Positions 13,075 through 26,100 of a stretch of 64,000 bases of DNA are shown here, one piece after another. Below the pieces are notes generated by a model. The model searched no databases. It was given only the letters and a program-made list of their open reading frames with translations, and was not told the origin of the DNA. Source of the stretch: Hydrolagus colliei (Eukaryota). The position numbers and the translations under genes were made by a program. The stretch's first letter is position 1. Every line of letters starts with the position of its first letter. The DNA lies in assembly GCA_035084275.1 (NCBI GenBank), contig CM068747.1:24304001-24368000 (forward strand), given 5' to 3'.

Positions 13075-16000
13075 CTGGAAATCAGGAGAAAAAACAAGGG
13101 TAATAAAGTAGGCACATTGAAAAGGTTAAGATATATATTTTTTAAAAAGGATCTATATTTAGATAAATTGCTTTAATCCAAGATTCTTGTCCGATTCTTT
13201 CCTTTGCCTCCCCTTTGAAGCCATTATAGATAAATGGCATTCAAGACAACTCTCTAAGCTCACAGCAAACACACTTGTGTTTTCAACTGCCAAAGGCATC
13301 CTGGGTAATTAGCCATTACAGTTCTGTCACAGAGGGTTCCACAGTCAATACAGAGATAATTTGGGCAATGGTGAATGACAGTGCTGTCCAGACTTTTGGG
13401 ATGATCAAGGACACATCCAGCTGTACCAGACATCTGTCAGGGCCATGAATCATTTCAACTAGCAGCACAGTAACCAAGCAGCTGAAGCAAGAACAAACAT
13501 TCAACAAGCACCACACACAGAGGAAAGAGGAATCCACAGTGAAGTGCAAAGAAAAAAAGGTGAAATGTGGAAAAAAAAAGGGCAAGCAATTTTCCCCACC
13601 CCAAAAACCCCCACCAATTTTCATAGAAAGCTGCAAAAATAGCTATTGTGTGACAAAGTCAACAGGAAGTAAAAAATACCAAATGTAAAAAATGAAACCA
13701 TCATCACATCTTCCGCCTAAAATAGTTTCAATCGATTAAAGAATTAATAACCAAATTATCTGGAAAATCACCATTCTAAAGAACTTGTTATACACATTTC
13801 ATTAAACTTCAGCATTTGATGTTTTTGGACTTTAGTTATGACCAGTAAAAAAAATTACTGGCCACAACTGTAGTTTCTATTATGCAATTGCTAACTCATA
13901 CAAGATGCAAGTACAAAAAAAATTGTAAACCACTCATTTCACATTAAAATCTAGTTATGTGTGGATTCAAAAAGCATTGTTGCAAACAGTTTGCATCTAA
14001 CTCCCAAATCCATGCAGAATAAGCTTCATTAATATCTTATTGGTGGCATGGTGTAGTAGAGTGTTAATACTAGCCAAATATGGAACTGAATCATCATCTT
14101 GTTCAGTCACAGAACTGTGCAAAGTGTCTGCTAACATTCCTCTTAATTAAACAACACATAGGGGCTCTTCCAGTTTTGCATATTCTAATGGTAGAACATT
14201 GATACTCATTATTTTCAGGCTTCAAACGCTGAAATCGTGTCAAGAATGCATCCATCATAAGAAGGCAAATTATAGCAACATTTTCAGCAGCATCAGCAAA
14301 TTTTACATTTACAAATTTTATAAGTGACTTTTATTGGGGCAAGATCATTTTTAAACAAAATCATGAGTTTGATGCTTTGTTGCACCTCTTAGCAGCCTTA
14401 CCTAATGACAGTAATTAACAATCTGCAATTAGTATCCACTTCAGAAGGCATTCAAATGTTAATTTGCCTTCACTAATGTGCTGCACAGCTGTGTAACAAG
14501 ATGCATGAAACTGCAAGTCTGATCTTTTGGCTCAAATCTTGCCTGATAACATCAAGCACAGTGTATAAAATAGAACTTTGTACCAATACAAAGTTCTGGA
14601 AATAAACTCGATATCAAACACAGACGGGGATGCATAATTACTCTGTTATGTTCATTTGTACAACTAGTATCATTTACGTAAAACAGCTTTTACGAAACAT
14701 AAATTAATTATGAACATGACTAGTTGCATTCAATTTATAAATCACACAATCTGCACAGCAGAAGTTACACTCTTCAGAATATCTAACTTACTATAATTTT
14801 ACAGTACCTCAAGTACAACTTTGCGTGCAAGCATTTGTGGCTGCAGCTCTCAGCATGGCGATCAGATTACAGCCATATTAAACCTCTGTAGAGCAGCACC
14901 AGGTCACCCCCAGGGCTTCCATCTGCCCCACACAGTGCACCTCCCTCCTGAACACTTTAACACAACTTTGTGTGGGACCAAAATGGACTGCTTTAAATTA
15001 TCAGATTATGTAAAACATATTTATTAAACTGCTCCCTTCATGCTTTGACTGTTGTGATTAATCAAGGCAGGTATCGGTAATTTACTGAGCAGTTAATATC
15101 TCATGTTAATCATCGCTTCCTTCAAAATGAGTTAGGAATTTGTTGCAATTTTTTGTGGAGAAGGAAAATAGTACTAATTTAAAAGTACGAGTTTAAATTT
15201 AATTGTTTTGCTCCAAAGAAGAAGCCTAAGCATGATCCAACTCGGTTTAATTTTTTTTTAAAAAGGCACAATACAAATTAAAAGCTGTTGTAATAATTTT
15301 ATAAAATCTTACATAAGAACATTTCCCATTAAGGGCAACATGATTGTTTCTTAGCAGTTATTCAATGCTGCAATTTTTGGAAATAGCTGGTTATTTCTAG
15401 GGATTAACTCTTAATAAAACATATAAAGGTGGTATGTATTCAATTAAAAATAGTATAAACCGACATTCTTTTGTGGTGGTAAAACTCCATCTCCCCACAC
15501 CCGATTACAAATAACTTGTGAATGTCAAAAACAGACTGGTAAAAGTGCAATTTATATTGCTGCTTACTTTTTGAAATACCATATAATGTCCTTTAAATTT
15601 AACACCATAAGTTTTTGAGTGTTGATATCTCTTTATATCAATAAGTCCTGTCAAATTCCTGATGCAAACAGGTAAGCAAAATAGGGATATGGCCCTTAAC
15701 ACATTTTATCATTTTTCTAATTCCTTCTGTTGTACTATATTATATTTTGCTTCTCTATTTAATTGTTAGTACCTTTGGCTTAGATTGTCTCAGTTTCTCA
15801 CTCTTATGCTGGCTTTCTAGTTCCAGGTTGGGTTTGTATACAATGAGCATAGCCAATCTAGTAATTTTAGGCAAAAGTTAAAGGTCACTTAATGACCAGA
15901 TTTCTGCCAGCATGCTTCAGGCGCCGTTCATAGCAAGCCAGGGTAGTTATTCAGTTCAACTGACTTTTGTAACCAAAATAAAGTCACTAGTGTTCCATAA

Positions 16001-16353
16001 TTTATGGCTACATAGTGCTACACTGCTAGTAGAGTTTAGTCACATCGATTTAGTTTTGAGGGAATCAAAAAGAGTTTTGTAGTTTGCAGCTTTTAATCAA
16101 TTTTCGATATTTCTTCTTCACTGCACTTAAATGGCAAATGTTAATCCCAGTGTAATAGATACTGTGCACATTTCAAACTCAATTTACACATTGTTCAAAT
16201 ATATTCACTGCCATTGTATTGAGAGCTTGCATAAATCTCAGGAGTAAAACAATAACCTAACACAAATTGCTAAAACCTGCAAGGTAATTACAGTTCAGTG
16301 AACTTTTCAATTTACAGAAGCTCGGAGCATTATTGTATAAAATATATACCGAC

Positions 16354-16550
16354 CAGTTGGTGTACCACTGCAGGCAGAAGAGGATGGTGTAACTGGTGGG
16401 GTCCCGGGAAATGCTGAGCTTCCATTGCCAGGATGAGGTGATGCGGGTGTTCCCCCTCTTCCCACAGGGCTGGAAAGAGCTGGGATTAACTTGGCCTGAT
16501 GCCTTTTTCTCATCTGCTCACGTTCACGCCGAGCAGCATCAGTCATAAAC
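16354..16550 (-). CDS. JAZF1: JAZF1-like, coding exon 3 (Ser/Pro/Gly-rich linker)
   Basis: taatacag acceptor. Encodes FMTDAARREREQMRKRHQAKL...PGTPPVTPSSSACSGTPT(G). gtcggt donor. 197 nt. Confidence 0.93.
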
Positions 16551-19500
16551 CTGTATTAGTTCCAGGAATGAACACCAAAGCAAAATCATAAGGGGAATTA
16601 AAATGGAATGGCTTACTGAGCCTGGAGACTAGGCTGAAAATTCCAAAATAGCTAGGTCCTACTTGTTGCTGGTCACTTTAAATATCAAAGCATTTAATGC
16701 ATCTACAAATGGAGGTTAAACATGAAAGATCTTGTAACAAGTCTGTGGGGGTGCTTCTCGTGTTACTGGTTAGCTCTGTGGGGACCACCACTTTCAAGGC
16801 AAGATGAAACAAAACAAGTTTGGAAAACCCTCATGAGCTATGTTCAAAGGCACTGATAAGTTCTGACTGGATTAGCATTTATTGACTGTTTAAGATCGTT
16901 TTTCTTTCTTGCCGGACTACAGTTGCACTAAAGATAACTGGCTCACAAAACATAACTACCAAAATTCAAACTGTAAATTTGCTCCATGCTTGATGCTTAA
17001 CTGATGACTATTCAGTTTGTAATGACAAAGCAAATTAAATAATGTTCGGATCTTATGAACCTGAAGGTTAAGCTGCTAGATCCATGCACAAAAAACACTT
17101 ATTAACGGTTTATGCTGAGATAGCGTTTTTGTATTGATTTTATGATACACAGGTATTATGATTTATGGAGTGGCCATGTCAGTTTAACAAGCTGAAGGAC
17201 ACACAATATCTTCAACATCATTAAAATTCAGAAGCCTCTAGAGCTAACTTGCTACACTGTCATGCACTATATTTGGACAGCAGAGGTCCTATGCTTATGG
17301 AATATCACAATTTTCTACAAAACTTATTTTTTTTAAAATAGGTTTTGTTCTCAGTTTAAGAATGTACAACAGGGACAGAAACACCACTAGCAACTGGGAA
17401 GCTCCCTTTCCCTTACAAATAATCAAAATAATAATATATAATTTAATAATAATTTAAATTTCCAAAATTCATCCTGAATTAATAAAGGGTCATTCAGTGG
17501 ATTATCATGAGAAATAAAGATACAATATCGTTCAACAGCACATTTAACTGGCAACATTTCACTATCTGTACATACTTTATGGAATTATCAGCATTTTAAC
17601 AATTACTTGGACTATTTACTATTAGTGTGCAAAATATACACGAGTAGAATTTTGGAAATACATAAATTAAAAAGGTAACGATCCTAGTAACTAATGTCAT
17701 TTTATAATTATGAACTAATTAAAAATATACCTAATATTAGCTAGAAATAGCTGGAAGCCAAGATGGGCCTACTGTATAGTTATATTACTTCCTTCTCCCA
17801 ATCAGATTTTCCTTCCAGAATATTACTATGAAACTATTTTCGGCCAATCACTTTCCAAAAACTGCTCCATAATGCAACAACACTGACCCACAAATAGTCA
17901 CCAGGAGGCAGAATCTAAAAATTATGCAAACCTATCACCACCTATTGTATTTTAGCCCTAACACCTTGCTATTGTGCAGGCTCCATCTAGTGGACCAGAC
18001 AATCCTATGCATTTGAACAAAAATGACTTGTCAGAAGTCTCAAGTGAAGTTTCAATTCACAAATACAGATTAGGAATACTACAGTGACATTTTTGCACCA
18101 AGTTTTGACAATTAACTCTGAATATTATTTCTATATTGAATTTTATTCAAACAGAATATTTCTTATAAAACTGTTTTAAGTTGAATCAATTATTTAACAA
18201 ATAAAATTTGATTTCAACTCAGAAATTCCCAAGTTGAAGGCTTTGATTTCTTTAAGCAGAAATTGTTGCGAAACCTTTTCAAAAAGCATCCTTTAGTTCA
18301 GGATATTCATTAAATAGATTTGGAACTCATAATCTGAAAAAGTTTTAGTAGTGTTTGCTAAATTATATTACACTTTAATATGTTAATCAGAGATTTTACA
18401 AGAGCTAATGCTCTTCTACAGTTTTATTGAAAAGGGGCCACAACAACATGTACTTGAATAGTTGGACAAATATCATCTATCTAGCATATGATGTTCTCTC
18501 TAAAGCTTTAGTAAGATTTAAAATTTTAAACAATTAGATCTATTTTTTGTAAACAAAATAGGCTCTACAGAAAACCCAGAAATGAAGAAATAGACAAGAT
18601 TTTTAAATATATAAATTCAGAACTTTTGAAATGGTCAGTGTCACATCAAAAAGGTGACTTATGGTAACATTACCCAATTGGCATCCATGACTGGGTTGAA
18701 AAGATTTAAAAAGGAAGAAATGTTGCACATTTCCACTACTACCAGACAGCCTGCTACAATATTGGTATCTCCTGCCAACTAGCAGAATTGACCACAACAT
18801 AAATGCCAAATTGTTCCTATGGAGTTTTGGCCAGTCTACTCATGTCTGAACACTAATTACGTGCATGCAAACCTCCATAAACTTAATCCCATTGAGTATG
18901 TGCATACTCCTGAGGTCCAACTGTGACTTGGCATAATTCAGCAGACAGCTGGAGACTGGGAAAATGATTGGTGCCAAACACTAGCTGTACTGGGTCTTAC
19001 GACACGTTTTATTTCTGCAACTGGCAATAGCCAATTAAGACGGTCTCCTTCCTGCTACTATTGTTTCTCTAAATTGCAAATTCTATCCTTCTGAAAAAGG
19101 TGTAAAACATGAATTCCTAGTTAGTTTGTTAACTGACAAGCAAAATGATTATGAAAAAGCACACAAAAAATGTGGGAAAAAAAGTTAAGATTTTTTTTCC
19201 AAATAATTAGTGCTAATTTGAATCCACTGCTGCCCATTGTTCCAGAACTACAGCTATTTGCCAAAATATCAAATTAGCATTGTAAACATTGAAATCAGAC
19301 ATTTCAAAATTCAACCTATGGCCCAATTTTCCCTTTGATCTTAGCTTAATCTCAATTCATCAATAATGTACACTTATTATGGGATTTTGACAGCAAGCTA
19401 CAGCTTTTGATAAATTATACATCTCAAGCTAGATTTAAAATTTGAAGCGCAAGTGCTAATTATCTATACAGGCCTAGTTAATAACGAGATTTCTTGTTGA

Positions 19501-20395
19501 ATATCCGATCACAGCATGGGTGTCATTTGTCAAGAATGTTCAAGTCTACCTTAGAGACCAGTTTCTGTAATTCTCCCATGCCTACCATATGTAAAATTGG
19601 GATCTTTGTTTCTATAATAACCTTTTATTAGGAAACTGACATAATGATTAAGTTCACCGAAGACACATACAATGAATTAGGCGATTACCCTTGCTGCTTT
19701 AAGCTACTCAGGATCGTAGCAAGACAAAATAATTAATATTGAATTTTAATTTGATGTGTTCCACATTTAAACCCCAATTTGCAAAGTACACCTGGAAAGC
19801 TGCCACTGTTTAAGCTGATGAAAGAAAGGTTCCTGCAGTTTGAAGTACAAGAGCACAGAAGGCACAATGCACCATAACTGCTTCTCTATGGAGCAAGGAA
19901 TATTCAAGCAATAATTGAGAAGGTAATTACTAAGCCCCAACTTTATTGTCTTGCCACAATATGCACACAGGTCTTCAAATTTTATTGCATCAGTGATCCT
20001 GCTTTTTCCCCCCCCCCCCACCTCCCTCCCACACTCCACCTCTCATCCCAAAAATAAACTACACCAAAAAAAACAGCAACTTGTTTGTGACTATAATAAA
20101 ATTCTCTGATCTATAATCTAATGTTAATGAGGAAATTGTTAAGATGATTAAATCATTATTTTATAATTATTAATCCAACATGCCTTTTCTTTATACTTAA
20201 TTGAGATTTATGGATACACTAGTTGAAATCAATAACTTATAATTCAAATTCATCTTAAAAGTTTTTTTAAAATTATACACAAACCGATCCAATAAAAAAG
20301 ATTAACTGATCGTAACAATAATCATAATTTAAAAGAGGAAGTAATACTACTTTGCAGGCTTCCTTAATAAACGGATAAGTACCAGCTTGCCATGC

Positions 20396-21735
20396 CAGGG
20401 CCGTACGCAGGATGTTTAATGGGGGGGTGCGAATTGCTAGTGATGGGACCAACAATGGCCGGGGGCTTGCGGGCTGCCCCCGAAGCCCCTTCGAGGCTCC
20501 GACGTTTTACACAGTTTGAGGTCTTATTTAATCGGTTCAGAAGATCCAATATGAACGGTAAATGTTTCATGCCCTTGGTGTTTAAGAGCATCAGTATTTA
20601 TTCAGTGTTTTTATTTTCCCCGGTAGTCCGTGTCTAAATTTTTTTGGAAGGTCGAATACTCGATACTCTGGAGCGCGATTGGGGTATTGGCAGGCGGGAG
20701 TTGTCAGGCTGCGTGGAGAGAAGGGATCAGTGGAGAAGTGTGGTTGTCAATGCCCGAGTTCGCTCGATCAGATGACGGTGAAACTATTTTTATGCCAAAT
20801 TCGTGCGACATTGATGTTTTTTCACTCTGGGTACAAAATTGAACGTGAAATAAAGTAGCACTGTTTATCTTTGCATATGTTTTTTGCATGCCAGTGGATG
20901 TCTCTAAAAGCTATTTTTAATTACAGGAATACATTTTTAATAATATAAATCAAATGTGATAATCAAGTCAAAACAAGAAACATGATATTTCAGAAACACG
21001 CCTATCAAAACTTAAGTCATTTTTACTTACATTTATCAGATTAAAATATGATTTCAGCTTCCACAAAGTGGTGCTACCTTTTTATGTAGTGACTGTATAC
21101 GGGATGATTTCCGATTGACACACCACGTAGAATAGGCGCTAAAGCATAGGCCTACGTCCATGAGTATTTATTTTAAAGATAGGCATTCCCGTCCAGCATA
21201 TAACTTTTTTGTTGGGTTCTCAAAAGCTTTAATTTCTCAGAAGCTTGTAAATATGTTGTCATTGTTTGCTAGCATTACAGTCACACCTCTCAAAACTGGA
21301 GTAATTTTTACTTACGGTGATCAGATGAAAAGATGATTTTAACTCCAGTAGTGGTGCTGTCCTTGTGGCTGTTTACGGGATGATTTCCAAACGAGGATGG
21401 ATTTGAGTCTTGGCGCGCGCCTATGTTTATCCAATCATGAGTCACAGACTCACCGCGTCATGGACTGGTCTATCGACGCGGTATGTTTTGGGGAGACGCC
21501 GATTCTGGTGTGCGACTCGATAATTTTATATTAATACTAAATCATTCAAAGATGTGTGTTTATAATTTATACATAGTTTTGAAGAACTGATTGTTACACA
21601 AATGCTCAATAAATTTACTTTACTTGGTATTTAAATTTGATAAAAAATACAATTCTCTACCCCAGAAAATGTGGACCTTTTATAATTTGGGGGGGTGCGT
21701 ACGCACCTGTCGCACCCCCCCTGCGTACGGCCTTG
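20396..21735. mobile_element. 1.34-kb non-autonomous TIR DNA transposon (probably hAT-like)
   Basis: Termini CAGGGCCGTACGCAGG and CCTGCGTACGGCCTTG, subterminal GGGGGGTGCG motifs, CpG-rich interior in an AT-rich intron. CATGC flanks both ends. Confidence 0.8.
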
Positions 21736-23072
21736 CATGCACAACCCTATACTGGCAGCCATTATAGGGAAATGTTTTAAAGGATGTAAAATGATTCTTC
21801 TTTGAAAATTGACCATTATTAAAGTGGTTTAAATTAAATCAGTATACATATCAGTGTCAAATAGAGAGGTTAAGTAGTTCAGTGTATGGTGATACAAAAT
21901 TCCATGCTACAGGTAAGATTTGGACTCTCAACTATATTTCTCAACATGGCCGTGGCAAGTGGGGCAAAAAGAAAAGATTCCCTTCCACAATTACAGTAAA
22001 CTCTGGCTAACTCTTCACTCAAGGGAAAAGAGCTCAGTAACAAGTTATCTGGAGTGGCCAGTTGGACACAAGTCCTCCTTGGTCATGGGGGGCACTTTCA
22101 CTGTGTGTGACTGTATATGCTTGGTGGAAGTTGGGATGAATGCTCAGAGGCGTCATAGTCACCTCTGGTCTATTGGAGGGTCTCTCGTCCTATCCAGACA
22201 CAAGGTAGGGCAGCCAGCCTTCCAATAGATAAGAGGCCTCTGATATGTATCATCGATGTTTACATGTATAATGCTCATTGAACCTCCTCCAAGTACCAAC
22301 ACCAGTTACAGGATAAGGCAAGAGATATCTTCAATGCAAGATATCTGATCAAATTTACAGATTAAGTACATCTAGATTTCTCACAGATCACTTGCTTGAT
22401 TCTCAGCTGAATTCATAGGATTAAAGTGACTGCTCTTTGAAAATAAATGTTTCAATAGATACTGGAATATATTCCTGTATTACAAAGGAGAGGTGTATTC
22501 TGCCACAATATACAGTCAATTAACTTTACAGTATTCTCTATGAAGTGCTTTTAAACTTGTTTCAAAATTGTGCTGACTTATTATTATTATAATATGGTCT
22601 GCTGGACCCAATAGCTTGGAGAATGGGTTTTAAGCAAAACTCTTCAGATGCTGTCATTGTTTGCTGTGTGTCAGATCATCGATTGCTGTATATGTCCATT
22701 ATGAAGTGATGTCAGCATTGCTTGCTGAGCAATAAGTGTGCATGTGCAATAAGTCATTTTGACCATTTCTTAAGTATAGGAAGCCAGTCAGTTAGCACCA
22801 GAAGCTGGGTGTATCACACTTAAGTGACAAAAGCCCTATATAGTACCAGGGAAGGACGAGAGGGCATTATAACAGGTTTCTACTTTGAAGATCCACCTTC
22901 ATTTACTTTCTTTAACCTATTTAGTCTCCCAAGCATGGCATAACAAGGTATACATTGGTTCTACTTTTAGTATTTTCAAAAGGTTTCTCAATAGTTTCCA
23001 TTTCTAAAGTATTTCCCTGTGGCCACATACACTTGAAAAATTCGGATTTATGATAAAATCTGAAATTTATAC

Positions 23073-23145
23073 CTGTTGATATAACTTAATGCGATATATG
23101 ATGGCTGCTGCTGTTCTTGCCTTTCCAAAACCTTGGGATCACTTT
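23073..23145 (-). CDS. JAZF1: JAZF1-like, coding exon 2
   Basis: ttttgacag acceptor. Encodes (E)SDPKVLERQEQQQPSYIALSYIN(R). gtataa donor. 73 nt, phase-compatible with exons 1 and 3. Confidence 0.95.
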
Positions 23146-26100
23146 CTGTCAAAAGAACATACCACAAAACAATTAATTCATTAACTAGAATGTTTTTGTT
23201 GATACCAAGTAGCTCATAATTATAATATGCCAATTTCAAGATTAGAATTGATTTATCAGAGAATGAAATTATTTTACCTGGAGTTTACCTCCACACCATA
23301 CTTAATCTGATACATGAATAGACATTAAAGATCCACTTACATTTTAGTTACTTTAACCTACATTGTAGCCAGGTACTTTAATCAAATTTGTTACCTCACT
23401 TACAAATTTGATTCAAATTAAAAACAAGCTACTTTCTGCAAGTGCATAATTTACCAACATACAATTCCAAAAGAACCAATGAAATATTTTTCAACTCCAT
23501 TACAATGAACATAAAGGTTTATCAACAGGAGTTTTTTTTTCTGTTCACTCTTCGGAACCAAACTAGAATTATATAAATTACAACAAAGGCTGACGCCAAT
23601 TTGTCTATCGAACCTACACTGGTGCTAATTATGGTAATGAATGAAAAATGTGTTAATTCATGAGAAAGGGCCATTAGTTCCAACATAAGAGGCAGTCTCA
23701 TAACTAGCATGCTGGATTTTTAACTCATGATTTAGGTTGAAATGGACACTCAATATCCCCAGGCTTGGTCTAGAAAAAATTGAAGAAAAATCTAACAGAT
23801 ATATTTCTCCTTGCACTGAACAGAATAGGTTGAAGCAAACAAGCTATATTCTGAGATATCCATTATCTAGACTACCTAGTCCTACTTTCACCGAAGCATG
23901 TGAATGAGGGAGGAGAGAATAAACATTTTAAAACATAATACATTTTTGTGAATATGAAAATATTACTCCATTCAAAAAAGTATTTATGAAAATGTTAGTA
24001 CTGTAAGTTACTTTTTTTTAAACAAAAAACTTGTTCTTAGTTGGAAATAGACATTTATACAAGTTATACTAAAAGCGTAAAAGTTATAATTTAGTAGTAC
24101 ATGTACCGGTACATTATATTCCTTTAAAACTTCAAAGGGTGGTCTGCTGTCAATTAACGTAATCCTCAACCCAACAAAAGGACCATATATATTATTGACA
24201 GGGCATCAGTGAAAAAATCCCCATATGTACTTTGCATTAAATACCTCAAATGCCAAACTTTCCTTAAAATAGGCTCCATCATCAAGTGTCCTGGCCAACA
24301 AACTTGCAAACGTAATTGGTCGCTTACTTCATAGTTGTTTATGGGACTGCTGTGTGCCAGAAAATAGCCAATTTTCAATAAATCTTATCAAGCACTAGGA
24401 TGCATCCTCCAAACTTACAAGGTGCTATGTCAAATTCAAGGATACTAATAATAATATACATTTTTTAAACTGGATTGCTTATTAAGCACACAAAATGCAA
24501 TTTAAATTTGACATCATCCACCAAGAAGATTCATTTGTGTTTGGAACAAATGTAAGCTTCCTATGTAAATAGTAAAGCCCTAAAAAGGGAAATCAAGTAT
24601 CACCTGGAACTCGCTAAATTCCTGAAATGTTGGTTCCACTCATTGCCACTGCAGGACTAACATAATTCTTCAATGATTAGTCCATTAGTCCAGCCAAACA
24701 ATGAGCCAATGATAGCAGCAAAGTTCAAATTGTAGTGTAGCAGGAATATCATCCTTTCTGCCCAAGTGGGAAGTTTCTTCAGCAAGTGTCATACCTTTTT
24801 TAAAAAAAATCTATAAATTATCACCATCATAAGATTCATTTTTATAGACTGCAAACATTAACAAACCCAGAAATTTATTGCAAAGCAGAAAGAATATTCA
24901 TTTTAATTTAAAAAAAACTTATCTAAAAGCTGGTAGTCTAATGTTAATATTGGAACTACATCTAGCAGAACTAGTTGCATTGACCTGATCTTCAAATATT
25001 CTATGTTACATGTATAGCATTCAGCTGCATAATTTTATAGCATTAGCATCAATCATTTCATTCTCTTTTCTATAAATATATAGTTTATGTAAAACTCTTG
25101 ATATAAGTTGCTCAATAATCATGCGTACTGGGTTTTACAGATGAAGCTCCTCTATATTTCTCTTGATGAAATATTTGCTGACTTCAATCACCTGGGGGAC
25201 TTCTGCACTGATGAAGTCACTGATATGTGCCCCATTAGTCTCTGTGGATTTCCCCTATCGTGCTTCTCACCTCGTTCTTGCCAATTAAGCAGACGAATTA
25301 TGTATAATAGTTGGAGACACTTTTAGACCTGAGTCCTGGTATGCAGTAGAAGCTTTGACAGAATGATACTGGTGAATAATTAGAGTGATTTTTTAAAGCC
25401 CTGGAAACTTTAGTCTTTCTTCTGCTCTACTACCTATTTTTAACTGAATCTTTTCAATAAGAGCAATGAGCACCGTACAACTAAAAAAAACACACAGCTG
25501 AAGCATCATGGCTTTGAATTTAGTTGAAAATATTATATATACGCCATTTAAATATGTTAAGCTAATAGTAAAATAGGTTCATTTCACGTTAATAAAGGCT
25601 GCTGATCATAAGATATGGAGTTAAACGTACCTTTAAACCCATTTTATTAAGCATGATCTGCAAGACTACTGTTTCAAATGCATTCCCTAATGAAGCTAAT
25701 TTGTTACATATACTGTACATGCTATGGCTTGGACTATATTGGCTTGTACACCCACTACTGCCTTTGTTCTAGTTGCACACTCAAAGCATTAAAGGTATCA
25801 TACACATGCAATGCTTCATGAATCAGACCACTTCAGTCTCTCACAACACATCTACCCATCACTTATTTATATAAACTGATAGCTGTTCACTTGTGGGAAA
25901 AAAAGACGAAACAAACATCATAGACAATACACTGTTGCTCTCAGCAAACTTGAAGTTTCTGGCATTCAATGTAAAACAAAATGGCTACTCAACAACAACA
26001 AAATTATATAACTAGAGCACCTTTCAATTTGAGAGGTTTGGTTTGGAATACACGCCTTCAGTACTTGATTGAATAAACTAAATACCCCTTGTCAATGAAT

